NCBI GenBank assembly: GCA_964016885.1
Contig: OZ024742.1
Location: 199,206,001 to 199,270,000, forward strand
Direction of reading: 5' to 3'
DNA length: 64,000 nucleotides
Origin: Eledone cirrhosa
Lineage: Eukaryota
This document shows positions 14,899 to 30,193 of this stretch, in pieces. Both the position numbers and the translations under genes were made by a program. The notes below the pieces were generated by a model, which had not been told where the DNA came from, did not search any database, and saw nothing but the letters and a program-made list of their open reading frames with translations. How positions within the stretch are numbered: the first letter of the stretch is position 1; each line of letters starts with the position of its first letter.

Positions 14899-14945
14899 CA
14901 TGCATCATCATCATCGCATATATATATATATATATATATATATCA

Positions 14946-15017
<72 letters not shown>

Positions 15018-15160
15018 ATTAAAATACTGGAGCGTGTTGGAGTTAAACACCCTCTTCGTATTATAGAAATGACAGTAAAAGGTATAGCTCAATGTAATTA
15101 AACAGAGCCGAAGAATTATGAAAATAAAACAAAGAAGCCTTCAATACATCAAAAGTCTTT

Positions 15161-15206
15161 ATTAGCCAACAATGTTTCGTCCTATTAAGGACTCATCAGG
15201 GCAATC
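15161..15206 (-). ncRNA. Type I minimal hammerhead ribozyme (PLE-2)
   Basis: Reverse complement of 16211-16256. Confidence 0.82.
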
Positions 15207-16210
15207 AAAACCACAAGAAGTACTATCGGCAAATACAAGCCGAAAACTCCGAAGAATATGGAGTGTACATACACTAAAGTATTGGAAGATTATGGGTAAA
15301 AATATATAATAAAAATCACTAAGGAGGTGTATAACATTATGAACCATATTACAAATATAGTCCAAGGCAAAAAAAAACACTAGAGCTAAACAAAGGTGGT
15401 TATATAGAGCGGGAATTATATATAATACAATATAATATAATATAATATACTTGTAACAATATTAAAATTAAAAATTAAAAGGCACAATATACATATGTAT
15501 ATATGTACGCACACGTACGCACATATACATATACATCAATACACATATCCATCATTAACAGCACACATTAAACCTTATTAAGAGTTTAAATATAAATAAG
15601 CATAATAGGAATAAAAATAATAATAATACGTATATCTAATATACATGAAGTAATGAAATGATTAAAAGTAACACATATAATATATAATAAACTATATAAT
15701 TATATAATATATAATATAATATAATAGATAATCTCCGGTTAATTTACACAAACAATATAGATGTCACAATAATACTATAATAATAATATATATAATATAT
15801 AATGGCATGTAAGTTAAATCAATTCATATAGAGTTACAGAGTAGGTGAGAAAAAAATATAAATTGTACAATACCCAAAGTTATGATGGTACAAAAATATA
15901 AACATCTTACATGATATATAGAATTTAACATATCATAATGGTACATAAAATCAACGGTAAGTAATAAGGATCAATAGTACAATAACAACTTCAATATAAA
16001 ATAATGAACATAATATAATATATAATTACTTATAATTACAAGGTTGGTAAACAGACACATATGTGGATGAGTGAATAAGGGCCAGACAGAAAATACAATG
16101 CACAGTAGTATTAATAAATAAATAAATAAAATCAACCGGAAATTAAAAAACAAAAACGAAAGTATTTACTTAGGTTTCTTGTATTGGCCGATAGTACTTC
16201 TTGTGGTTTT

Positions 16211-16256
16211 GATTGCCCTGATGAGTCCTTAATAGGACGAAACATTGTTGGCTAAT
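16211..16256 (+). ncRNA. Type I minimal hammerhead ribozyme (PLE-2, inverted arm)
   Basis: GATTGCC-CTGATGA-GTCCT TAAT AGGAC-GAA-AC ATT GT-T^GGCTAAT. Perfect 5-bp stem II, GUU triplet. Confidence 0.82.
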
Positions 16257-16364
16257 AAAGACTTTTGATGTATTGAAGGCTTCTTTGTTTTATTTTCATA
16301 ATATATATATATATATCATGCATATATATATATATCATACATATATATATATATATATGCATAT

Positions 16365-17019
16365 AGTAATATACGTGAACGGCAAAGCATAAACGAACTA
16401 AGGAAAAAATTAGAGATAAGAGGGATCAGATGTTGTTTACTCGAGAGAAGGCTACGTTGGTATGGACACGTGATGCGCATGAAAGTCGATAGCTGTATAA
16501 CAAAGTGCAGGGCAATAAAGATAGACGGTAGCCACGGAATAGGCAGACCTAGAAAAACCTGGGACGAGCTGATAAACTCCGACCTCACACACTTACACCT
16601 CTCCAAGACAATGTCACTGGACCGAGACCTTTGGCGGTACTCAGTAACAGAGAAGACCCGCCTTGCCAGTAGGCATCTCTAACAAAATACACCCCGTCCC
16701 ACCACCACCACCCCCACCCCATCCACACCACCCCGTCCTATGTAAAGTTATGTTGGTGCCGCGCCATCCGGGCCGAAACAAATGAGATCGTGTAGGTGTC
16801 ACGACAAAAAAACACACAGTCCACGCTGTAATGTGGCCGTGTAGGCAACACGGTAAAAACCTCCCAGACCCACACTGTAAATGTGGTTGGTGTTAGGAAG
16901 GGCATCCAACTGTAGAAAACCTGCCAGACAGTCCTATGCGAGCAAGACAATCACTCTTGCCTCAAGTGGGACTACCCCCGTCCAAACCCATGCAAGCGTG
17001 GAACACGGACGTTAAACGT

Positions 17020-17050
<31 letters not shown>
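16365..17050 (+). mobile_element. RTE LINE subfamily B, 3' fragment
   Basis: SNIRERQ...[10 protein letters not shown]...RLASRHL*, then 3' UTR and (GAT)n. Reverse complement of 28555-29208. Confidence 0.94.
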
Positions 17051-17054
17051 ATAT

Positions 17055-17146
<92 letters not shown>

Positions 17147-17192
17147 TGCATATATATATATATATATATATCATGCATATATATATATATCA

Positions 17193-17223
<31 letters not shown>

Positions 17224-17257
17224 CATGCATATATATATATATCATGCATATATATAT

Positions 17258-17797
17258 ATATCATAAAACATGTCTATAGAATCACAAGATAAAATATATA
17301 CCATTTCCTCTCCCAATTAGCATAATTAACTATATAAAAAATCGAATAGACCAGGCTATAAGAATGAGGCTTCTATGAAGAAATCTCCAACAAATAACCG
17401 AAACTAGCCCTTCGCGTCGGCCGCGACGGAATATTTCGACAGCGTAATCACCCAGATACAGTCAATTAAACAGAATTAGGTGTAAAATAAACTATGAGAA
17501 AACAGAATACATTTAAATACCTCTACCATGGTTTCGTCCGCATTTTGAGATTTCCAATAATTATGTAACTCAAGCATCGGATTCATCAGATTTGCTCTGA
17601 TCTAGACACTAAATTTTCCAAAGTGATCGCGCCAAGAATTCATTCAAAATGGCTAAGAATCGTGACGTGGTAGCGGTCAGGATGGAAGGGGTGTGGTAGT
17701 TGCTTACGGCTGGTGGCTTTTTTGCTAGAAAGCACAGCACAATACAGCCAAATTTGTATCTCAACCTAATGGGAGATTATTACATATAAAAGTTTAC

Positions 17798-17869
<72 letters not shown>

Positions 17870-18142
17870 CATATACGTGTTTTGCAACGGGTCACTTTGT
17901 GGCTCAATGAAAATTTAATAAATTAAATAATCAGAGCTATATATCATAAAACATGTCTATAGAATCACAAGATAAAATATATACCATTTCCTCTCCCAAT
18001 TAGCATAATTAACTATATAAAAAAATCGAATAGACCAGGCTATAAGAATGAGGCTTCTATGAAGAAATCTCCAACAAATAACCGAAACTAGCCCTTCGCG
18101 TCGGCCGCAACGGAATATTTATCGAATATTCCGACAGCGTAA
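17258..18142 (-). mobile_element. DR-A: non-coding element (or tandem pair) with ~190-bp direct repeat and hammerhead-like core
   Basis: 17258-17447 is repeated at 17941-18142. Hammerhead core at 17524-17589; internal (TA)n at 17800-17865. Confidence 0.7.
17520..17593 (-). ncRNA. Hammerhead-like motif with long stem II, stem I not evident
   Basis: CTGATGA-ATCCG..TTGAG...CTCAA..CGGAC-GAA-ACCATGGT-A. Palindromic stem III and GUA triplet, but poor stem I pairing. Confidence 0.55.
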
Positions 18143-18312
18143 TATATATATATATCATGCATATATATATATATATATATGCATGATATATATATATATA
18201 TACATGATATATATATATATATATATATGCATGATATATATATATATATATATATATGCATGATATATATATATATATACATGATATATATATATATATA
18301 TATATATATACA

Positions 18313-18350
<38 letters not shown>

Positions 18351-18392
18351 TGCATATATATATATCATGCATATATATATATATATATATCA

Positions 18393-18426
<34 letters not shown>

Positions 18427-18472
18427 TGATATATATATATGCATGATATATATATATATATATATATATATC

Positions 18473-18506
<34 letters not shown>

Positions 18507-18584
18507 TGCATATATATATATATATATATGCATGATATATATATATATATACATGATATATATATATATATATATATATATACA

Positions 18585-18618
<34 letters not shown>

Positions 18619-18662
18619 TGCATATATATATATCATGCATATATATATATATATATATATCA

Positions 18663-18703
<41 letters not shown>

Positions 18704-18858
18704 TGCATATATATATATATATCATGCGTATGTATATATATATATCATGTATATATATATATATATATATATATCATGCATATGTATATATATATATCAT
18801 GTATATATATATATCATGTATATATATATATCATGCATATGTATATATATATATCATG

Positions 18859-18891
<33 letters not shown>

Positions 18892-19049
18892 CATGTATAT
18901 ATATATATCATGTATATATATATATCATGTATATATATATATATATATATATATCATGCATATATATATATATATCATGCATATATATATATATATATAT
19001 ATATCATGCATATATATATATATATCATGCATATGTATATATATATATC

Positions 19050-19126
<77 letters not shown>

Positions 19127-19273
19127 TGTATATATATATATATATCATGTATATATATATATATATCATGTATATATATATATATATCATGTATATATAT
19201 ATATATATCATGTATATATATATATATATCATGTATATATATATATATATCATGTATATATATATATATATCA

Positions 19274-19307
<34 letters not shown>

Positions 19308-19430
19308 GGAGGTGAGTTTTATTGTAGTACAATAAAGCAATGCAGATATCGGATAAGAAGCACTCTACAGTTTGTGGGACTGGAGTATGCATAATATAAG
19401 ATCAAAAGATGGTTAAAGGAGTTCAATATA

Positions 19431-19497
19431 TTTTATTATGCGCATTTCAAAAACAAACATCATCAAACAATAATATTTGTGTTTTCATCAGATAAAA
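19431..19497 (-). ncRNA. Type I minimal hammerhead ribozyme (PLE-3 left arm)
   Basis: Reverse complement of 22636-22702. Confidence 0.85.
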
Positions 19498-21075
19498 CAG
19501 GAGAACATGATATGAAGGCTAAAAAAACACTTGTTGATAGTGCAGTTTTAAATCAACATATGAAAAGTGGTTTTAGATTGATGTGTGATATTGGGAAAAA
19601 TATTTTATTTAGAGAGGGGGGGGGGGGGAGAGAAAAGGATGAAAAGGGAAGGAGATGAGAGGGAGAGATGGGTGATAGAGAGAAAGAGATAGTTTTTATA
19701 ACTGAGAGGAGATATATTTTATATAGAGGGGTTGAAAACCGTTGGAAGATACTGTATAAATTAAAAATTTTGAAAATTAACGAAGGGAGGATATGTGCGA
19801 GGAAAAAATATATTATATTTAGGGAGGGGGGGGGTTGGAAAGAATGAAAAAAAGGGGAGGAGATGAGAGTGAAGGTGGAAAGGGAGAGATGGGTGATAGA
19901 GAGAAAGAGATAGTTTTTATAACTGAGAAAAAGATATAATGTTTTAATATAGAGAGGTTGGGAACCGTTGGAAGATAATGTATAAATTAAAGGAATTTGA
20001 AAATTAACGAAGGGAAATTATGTCTGAAGATAGAGAGAAAAAAATAATAATTGTGGGTGAATATTCTAACGTCAAAAGAAGAAATGTAGGAATTTTAAAA
20101 TTAGCAAAGAGAAAAAGTTTATGTGTAGAAGGATTTGAGAAAAATAATGTGAAGTTAAAGTTTGTATATTGAATTCATATGTATTAATAATGAGTTCGTT
20201 GATGGGGAGAAAAAAGTAATAATAAATTAAGGATGAAATTGAGATTAAAAAGATTTATGATAGAGAGAAAAAATAATAATGATTGCGGATGAATACTCAA
20301 AATGTCAAAAACAAATGTTATTGTTTTACGAGGAGATAGAATGAGGGTAATGAGTAAACGAGTATTATAGAGTGTATAATGCCCTTTAAAGTAAGGTAGA
20401 TGGGTATATTTTAAAGAATATATGAGTATATATTAAAAAAAATATATAATAATAAATTAAGGATGAAATTGAGATTAAAAAGATTTATGATAGAGAGAAA
20501 AAATAATAATGATTGCGGATGAATATTCAAAATGTCAAAAACAAATGTTATTGTTTTACGAGAAGATAGAATGAGGGTAATGAGTAAACGAGTATTATAG
20601 AGTGTATAATGCCCTTTAAAGTAAGGTAGATGGGTATATTTTAAAGAGGTGTATGTATATGTGCCTTTGAGAAAAGATTCTAAATTGATAAAGAATTGAA
20701 TATTAACTGTATACTTTGTGAAAAGTTCTATGGAATTTATGCAGGCAGATAGAAAACAAATCTGAGCGTCTATTTATTATGGATTCTAGGTTAGAGATAA
20801 TGGTAAATTTTTAATTTAGGCAGAGATTACAGATTTTAGATAGAGAGCTGTTCAAGTATGAGGATGCAGAAGAACTCTTTTTCCAAAAGATGTTATATTT
20901 AATGTTTTTGTCTTTTAAGGACCATATGAGTTCTGAGAGAGCAGTGTTAGTTCTTTTAAGTTTGTATTTGAAAGATGAATGATGATTATAGAGACGAGCT
21001 TTAAAAGAGATGGAAGTGGAGCCAAAATAGGTGAAGGAATTGGTGCTAGTTATAATTTTACATTCATAAATTAAT

Positions 21076-21438
21076 GAATGTAAAATTATAACTAGCACCA
21101 ATTCCTTCACCTATTTTGGCTCCACTTCCACCTCTTTTAAAGCTCGTCTCTATAATCATCATTCATCTTTCAAATACAAACTTAAAAGAACTAACACTGC
21201 TCTCTCAGAACTCATATGGTCCTTAAAAGACAAAAACATTAAATATAACATCTTTTGGAAAAAGATTTCTTCTGCATCCTCATACTTGAACAGCTCTCTA
21301 TCTAAAATCTGTAATCTCTGCCTAAATGAAAAATTTACCATTATCTCTAACCTAGAATCCATAATAAATAGACGCTCAGATTTGTTTTCTATCTGCCTGC
21401 ATAAATTCCATAGAACTTTTCACAAAGTATACAGTTAA
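21076..21438 (+). pseudogene. PLE GIY-YIG endonuclease remnant (no start codon; mirror copy on the minus strand has a stop)
   Basis: ECKIITSTNSFTYFGSTSTSFKARLYNHHSSF...TALSELIWSLK...CNLCLNEK...INRRSDLFSICLH...*. Confidence 0.85.
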
Positions 21439-22635
21439 TATTCAATTCTTTATCAATTTAGAATCTTTTCTCAAAGGCACATATACATACACCTCTTTAA
21501 AATATACCCATCTACCTTACTTTAAAGGGCATTATACACTCTATAATACTCGTTTACTCATTACCCTCATTCTATCTTCTCGTAAAACAATAACATTTGT
21601 TTTTGACATTTTGAATATTCATCCGCAATCATTATTATTTTTTCTCTCTATCATAAATCTTTTTAATCTCAATTTCATCCTTAATTTATTATTATATATT
21701 TTTTTTAATATATACTCATATATTCTTTAAAATATACCCATCTACCTTACTTTAAAGGGCATTATACACTCTATAATACTCGTTTACTCATTACCCTCAT
21801 TCTATCTCCTCGTAAAACAATAACATTTGTTTTTGACATTTTGAGTATTCATCCGCAATCATTATTATTTTTTCTCTCTATCATAAATCTTTTTAATCTC
21901 AATTTCATCCTTAATTTATTATTACTTTTTTCTCCCCATCAACGAACTCATTATTAATACATATGAATTCAATATACAAACTTTAACTTCACATTATTTT
22001 TCTCAAATCCTTCTACACATAAACTTTTTCTCTTTGCTAATTTTAAAATTCCTACATTTCTTCTTTTGACGTTAGAATATTCACCCACAATTATTATTTT
22101 TTTCTCTCTATCTTCATACATAATTTCCCTTCGTTAATTTTCAAATTCCTTTAATTTATACATTATCTTCCAACGGTTCCCAACCTCTCTATATTAAAAC
22201 ATTATATCTTTTTCTCAGTTATAAAAACTATCTCTTTCTCTCTATCACCCATCTCTCTCTTTCCACCTTCACTCTCATCTCCTCCCCTTTTTTTCATCCT
22301 TTCCACCCCCCCTCCCTAAATATAATATATTTTTTCCTCGCACATATCCTCCCTTCGTTAATTTTCAAAATTTTTAATTTATACAGTATCTTCCAACGGT
22401 TTTCAACCCCTCTATATAAAATATATCTCCTCTCAGTTATAAAAACTATCTCTTTCTCTCTATCACCCATCTCTCCCTCTCATCTCCTTCCCTTTTCATC
22501 CTTTTCTCCCCCCCCCCTCTCTAAATAAAATATTTTTCCCAATATCACACATCAATCTAAAACCACTTTTCATATGTTGATTTAAAACTGCACTATCAAC
22601 AAGTGTTTTTTTAGCCTTCATATCATGTTCTCCTG

Positions 22636-22702
22636 TTTTATCTGATGAAAACACAAATATTATTGTTTGATGATGTTTGTTTTTGAAATGCGCATAATAA
22701 AA
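22636..22702 (+). ncRNA. Type I minimal hammerhead ribozyme (PLE-3 right arm)
   Basis: TTTTAT-CTGATGA-[AAAC ACAAATATTATT GTTT GATGATGTTTGT TTTT]-GAA-ATGCGCAT-A^ATAAAA. Perfect 6-bp stem I and palindromic stem III. Confidence 0.87.
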
Positions 22703-22734
22703 TATATTGAACTCCTTTAACCATCTTTTGATCT

Positions 22735-22803
<69 letters not shown>

Positions 22804-22805
22804 CA

Positions 22806-22994
<189 letters not shown>

Positions 22995-23021
22995 TGCATA
23001 TATATATATATATATATATCA

Positions 23022-23089
<68 letters not shown>

Positions 23090-23091
23090 CA

Positions 23092-23126
<35 letters not shown>

Positions 23127-23149
23127 TGCATATATATATATATATATCA

Positions 23150-23249
<100 letters not shown>

Positions 23250-23280
23250 TGCATATATATATATATATATATATATATCA

Positions 23281-23497
<217 letters not shown>

Positions 23498-23547
23498 TGC
23501 ATATATATATATATATATATCATGCATATATATATATATATATATCA

Positions 23548-23588
<41 letters not shown>

Positions 23589-23638
23589 TGCATATATATA
23601 TATATATATATCATGCATATATATATATATATATATCA

Positions 23639-23669
<31 letters not shown>

Positions 23670-23749
23670 CATGCATATATATATATATATATATATCATG
23701 CATATATATATATATATATATATGCATATATATATATATATATATATCA

Positions 23750-23814
<65 letters not shown>

Positions 23815-23905
23815 TGCATATATATATATATATATATATATATCATGCATATATATATATATATATATATATCATGCATATATATATATATATATATATA
23901 TATCA

Positions 23906-23940
<35 letters not shown>

Positions 23941-23969
23941 TGCATATATATATATATATATATATATCA

Positions 23970-24281
<312 letters not shown>

Positions 24282-24310
24282 TGCATATATATATATATAT
24301 ATATATATCA

Positions 24311-24347
<37 letters not shown>

Positions 24348-24368
24348 TGCATATATATATATATATCA

Positions 24369-24446
<78 letters not shown>

Positions 24447-24475
24447 TGCATATATATATATATATATATATATCA

Positions 24476-24941
<466 letters not shown>

Positions 24942-24970
24942 TGCATATATATATATATATATATATATCA

Positions 24971-25013
<43 letters not shown>

Positions 25014-25042
25014 TGCATATATATATATATATATATATATCA

Positions 25043-25085
<43 letters not shown>

Positions 25086-25159
25086 TGCATATATATATAT
25101 ATATATATATATCATGCATATATATATATATGCATATATATATATATATATATATATCA

Positions 25160-25204
<45 letters not shown>

Positions 25205-25233
25205 TGCATATATATATATATATATATATATCA

Positions 25234-25313
<80 letters not shown>

Positions 25314-25315
<2 letters not shown>

Positions 25316-25651
25316 AGGCACATGGCTTAGTGGTTAGAGCATTGGGCTTGCAATCAAAAGGTTGTGAGTTCAATTCTCAGACCGGGTGATGTGTTGTTTC
25401 CTTGAGCAAGACACTTTGTTTCACATTGCTCCAGTTTACTGAGCTGTAGAAATGAGATAAGGACTGGGGTCCCTATCATTCCACTGCAAAGTGGTCGTGG
25501 CGGTGCCACGGCAAAAAAGCACCCAGCACTCACTGTAAATGTGGTTGGTGTTAGGAAGGGCATCCAGCTGTAGAAATCAAGCCAGAATCGGTTCCCGTCC
25601 CACCCTTGCAAGCAGGGAAAAGCGGACGTAAAATGAAATGATGATGATGAT
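25314..25651 (+). mobile_element. SINE S1
   Basis: Full-length match to 3057-3409. Confidence 0.92.
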
Positions 25652-25684
25652 ATCATGCATATATATATCATGCATATATATATA

Positions 25685-27619
25685 TACGATATTAATAAAT
25701 GGAAACTATATTTATAAAACCATATTTATTTCATTATACATATTTCAGGGATACCACATAAAATTATGGTATGCCTTCATCAGACAAAATACAATCTATA
25801 ACAGTTTTACAAATAGGTTTGACGTACCCTTTAAAATACAACCATTACTTTTGGAGGCTGTCTGGATAGTGATTTGTTTATATAATAAGTCATAGTGTTA
25901 AGCACAATTAGAAAAAGACGGCGAGAAAGAAAGAACAAAGAGAGAGAAAGAAAAGAGAAAGAAAACCTGGAGAAATATCGGCGAGAGAGAGAAATGTATG
26001 GAGAAAAGAAAGAGATAGATAAAGATAGGAGGAAATAAAAAAGAAAGAAAAGGAAGGAATAAGAAAAACAAAGGAAAGCAACAGAGATATCAAGTCATCA
26101 TACAGAAAGAGAAACTCAAGAGAGAGAAATACTATATAGAGAGAGGGGGACAGTGACAACTTTACGTCATGTCATTAAGTTGAGTTAACAATTTATATGA
26201 AATGAATAATAAAAATATAAATATAAGTATCAATATTCATGAATGGGACATAGATATATAATATGAGAAATTAAACATTGTTCAATAATGACCATATGTT
26301 TAGTTTAGAAACTTGAGATCAATATACCAAAATCTGAGTTCAAAATGTACCCTTGCTATAGAGATTAGTATTTTATGCAAAGACATACAAATATATATGT
26401 ATATATACATACATATAGATACATACGCACGTCCTGAAAATAGAAATTATGTTTACTTAAGCCAACAATATAGCCATACAAAACGTAAATGATTTCTCTT
26501 AATCATTGCTATACACTCATTGTGTTATAAAAATTTCACAGTATATATATACAAATATATACGATTAATAATCATGTCCTCATATATACGATTACCATTC
26601 ATGTGTTTAATATTATGCACATCTGTAACACCTCACAACCACATAGATATATACACACACATATATACACATACATATGTATAATAAATATCTGCGTGCG
26701 TCCTCATGCATCACTCATGTATATATACAGACACATATACAAACACAAAAAATCTATAACACTTTCTATGCATGTTAATACACACATATGCATTTGTATA
26801 GAGATAATCCAATATCAATAAATTACCAAAGGATTATAATTTGTAAATATAACCATAACAATACAAATTTAAAATACCAAAGGAATATATTTTGGAAATG
26901 CAATTATATAGTCAAATGAAATCTAGAAATATCAAAGCATTAAATATCATTAAAACACTGTAGAGTATCTTAAGTTAAAATAATATGTTTTATATATTTA
27001 GTATAGAAAGTTATCCTACGTATATCTCAATCAAGATATTGAGAGGGTAGACTTGTGAAAGTTATGAGAAGCTATCATAATCAAAACAAATAAAAATAAT
27101 TTAAAAGATTTAAAAAAATTTAAAAAACCCAATAATCTACAGATAACCTTATATTTAATATAGAAATTTACCTTACGTATATTTTATTTAATACATTGGA
27201 AGTATAGACATTTTAGAGTAGTTTATTATATCCATGTTTATATTTAGGAAGAAAGTTTAAAAAGAAAAAGGTGAAGGAATCTAATGGATTATCGACAGGT
27301 TCTATATATTAACTACAATTACTTAATTAATTATACTACATTTTAAATTTATATTTATATTTAAACGTTGAGTTCAATCTATGTCTGCAGCAACTGAATA
27401 AATTGTTCCTCAGATTAAGGGAATTTTTGGACTTTAATATAAAGAATATTTCTTCAATACAATGAAATTTCTTCAGTATAATGAAATAAATATGGTTTTA
27501 TAAATATAGTTTCCATTTATTAATATCGTATATCTGCTCCAAAAATTTGTCGAGTGCTTTATATCAGTTATAAAAATATTTACTTGTTGTATCCCAACAA
27601 CTTTAAATAGAACTTTTGC
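25685..27619 (-). mobile_element. PLE-1b: Penelope-like 3' fragment related to PLE-1, with short inverted arm
   Basis: 27346-27461 (minus) encodes CIEEIFFILKSKNSLNLRNNLFSCCRHRLNSTFKYKYKFKM*, close to the end of the PLE-1 ORF. Inverted repeat 25682-25739 / 27476-27533. Confidence 0.88.
25727..25791 (-). ncRNA. Type I minimal hammerhead ribozyme (PLE-1b)
   Basis: TATTTTGT-CTGATGA-AGGCATACCATAATTTTATGTGGTATCCCT-GAA-ATATGTAT-A^ATGAAATA. Confidence 0.83.
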
Positions 27620-27677
27620 ATATATATATATATATATATCATGCATATATATATATATATATATATCATGCATATAT

Positions 27678-28023
27678 ATCATTCATCATCATCATTTCAT
27701 TTTACGACCGCTTTTTCCCTGCTTGCAAGGGTGAGACAGGAACTGATTCTGGCTTGATTTCTACAGCTGGATGCCCTTCCTAACACCAACCTCGTTTACA
27801 GTGAGTGCTGGGTGCTTTTTTGCCGTGGCACCTGCACGACCACTTTGCAGTGGAATGATAGGGACCCCAGTCCCTATCATCTCATTTCTACAGCTGAGTA
27901 AACTGGAGCAATGTGAAATAAAGTGTCTTGCTCAAGGAAACAACACATCACCCGGTCTGAGAATTGAACTCACAACCTTTCGATTGCAAGGCCAATGCTC
28001 TAACCACTAAGCCATGTGCCTCC
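27678..28023 (-). mobile_element. SINE S1
   Basis: Reverse-complement full-length copy, with ATATCAT on both sides. Confidence 0.92.
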
Positions 28024-28064
28024 ATATCATGCATATATATATATAAGTACATATATATATATAT

Positions 28065-28421
<357 letters not shown>

Positions 28422-28458
28422 CATATATATATACATATATATATACATATATATATAC

Positions 28459-28551
<93 letters not shown>

Positions 28552-28554
28552 CAT

Positions 28555-29554
28555 ATCATCATCATCATCATCATCATCAACGTTTAACGTCCGTGTTCCA
28601 CGCTTGCATGGGTTTGGACGGGGGTAGTCCCACTTGAGGCAAGAGTGATTGTCTTGCTCGCATAGGACTGTCTGGCAGGTTTTCTACAGTTGGATGCCCT
28701 TCCTAACACCAACCACATTTACAGTGTGGGTCTGGGAGGTTTTTACCCTGTTGCCTACACGGCCACATTACAGCGTGGACTGTGTGTTTTTTTGTCGTGA
28801 CACCTACACGATCTCATTTGTTTCGGCCTGGATGGCGCGGCACCAACATAACTTTACATAGAACGGGTGGTGTGGATGGGGTGTATTTTGTTAGAGATGC
28901 CTACTGGCAAGGCGGGTCTTCTCTGTTACTGAGTACCGCCAAAGGTCTCGGTCCAGTGACATTGTCTTGGAGAGGTGTAAGTGTGTGAGGTCGGAGTTTA
29001 TCAGCTCATCCCAGGTTTTTCTAGGTCTGCCTATTCCGTGGCTACCGTCTATCTTTATTGCCCTGCACTTTGTTATACAGCTATCGACTTTCATGCGCAT
29101 CACGTGTCCATACCAACGTAGCCTTCTCTCGAGTAAACAACATCTGATCCCTCTTATCTCTAATTTTTTCCTTAGTTCGTTTATGCTTTGCCGTTCACGT
29201 ATATTACTGTTACACATCCAGCGGAGCATGCAAGCTTCGTTCCTCTCTAGTCTGCGTATATCCTCTGCACACAATGCCCAGGTCTCACTGCCATGCAACA
29301 TTGCTGTTCGTATGCAGGCATCGTACAACCTGCCTTTCATTTTTAAGGAGAACCCTTTAGCAGCTAATAGTGGTATAAGCTCTCTGAACTTTTTCCAACC
29401 AGTTCTGACTCTAGCTACAGTACTTTCAGAGCACCCTCCCCCACTGCTGATTTTATCGCCCAGGTAACGGAAGCTGTCCACTATTTCTATAGAACCCTCT
29501 GCGCAATTGAAAGAGCTAGTATTTTGTGGGCACTTGCTGCTACTTATTGCACCA
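28555..29554 (-). mobile_element. RTE LINE subfamily B, 5'-truncated 3' copy
   Basis: (ATC)n tail, 3' UTR and open C-terminal frame (YLGD...[10 protein letters not shown]). Candidate TSD ATATACATAT. Confidence 0.94.
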
Positions 29555-29567
29555 TATACATATATAC

Positions 29568-29950
<383 letters not shown>

Positions 29951-29965
29951 CATATATATATATAC

Positions 29966-30045
<80 letters not shown>

Positions 30046-30060
30046 ATATATATATGTATG

Positions 30061-30093
<33 letters not shown>

Positions 30094-30193
30094 GTACATA
30101 TATATATATATGTATATATATGTATATATATATATACATATATATACATATATACATATACATATATATACATATATATATATATATACATAT

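Larger units (their letters stand above)
15015..16302 (-). mobile_element. PLE-2: non-coding Penelope-like 3' fragment with inverted hammerhead-bearing ends
   Basis: Inverted repeat 15115-15239 / 16178-16302, each arm holding a hammerhead. Body is T-rich on the minus strand. No ORF is left, so the PLE call rests on architecture. Confidence 0.78.
19305..22742. mobile_element. PLE-3: two head-to-head Penelope-like 3' fragments forming a 3.35-kb palindrome
   Basis: Arms 19391-21067 and 21074-22742. Each arm has a GIY-YIG C-terminus, a 3' UTR with an internal ~230-bp tandem duplication, and a hammerhead. Confidence 0.92.
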
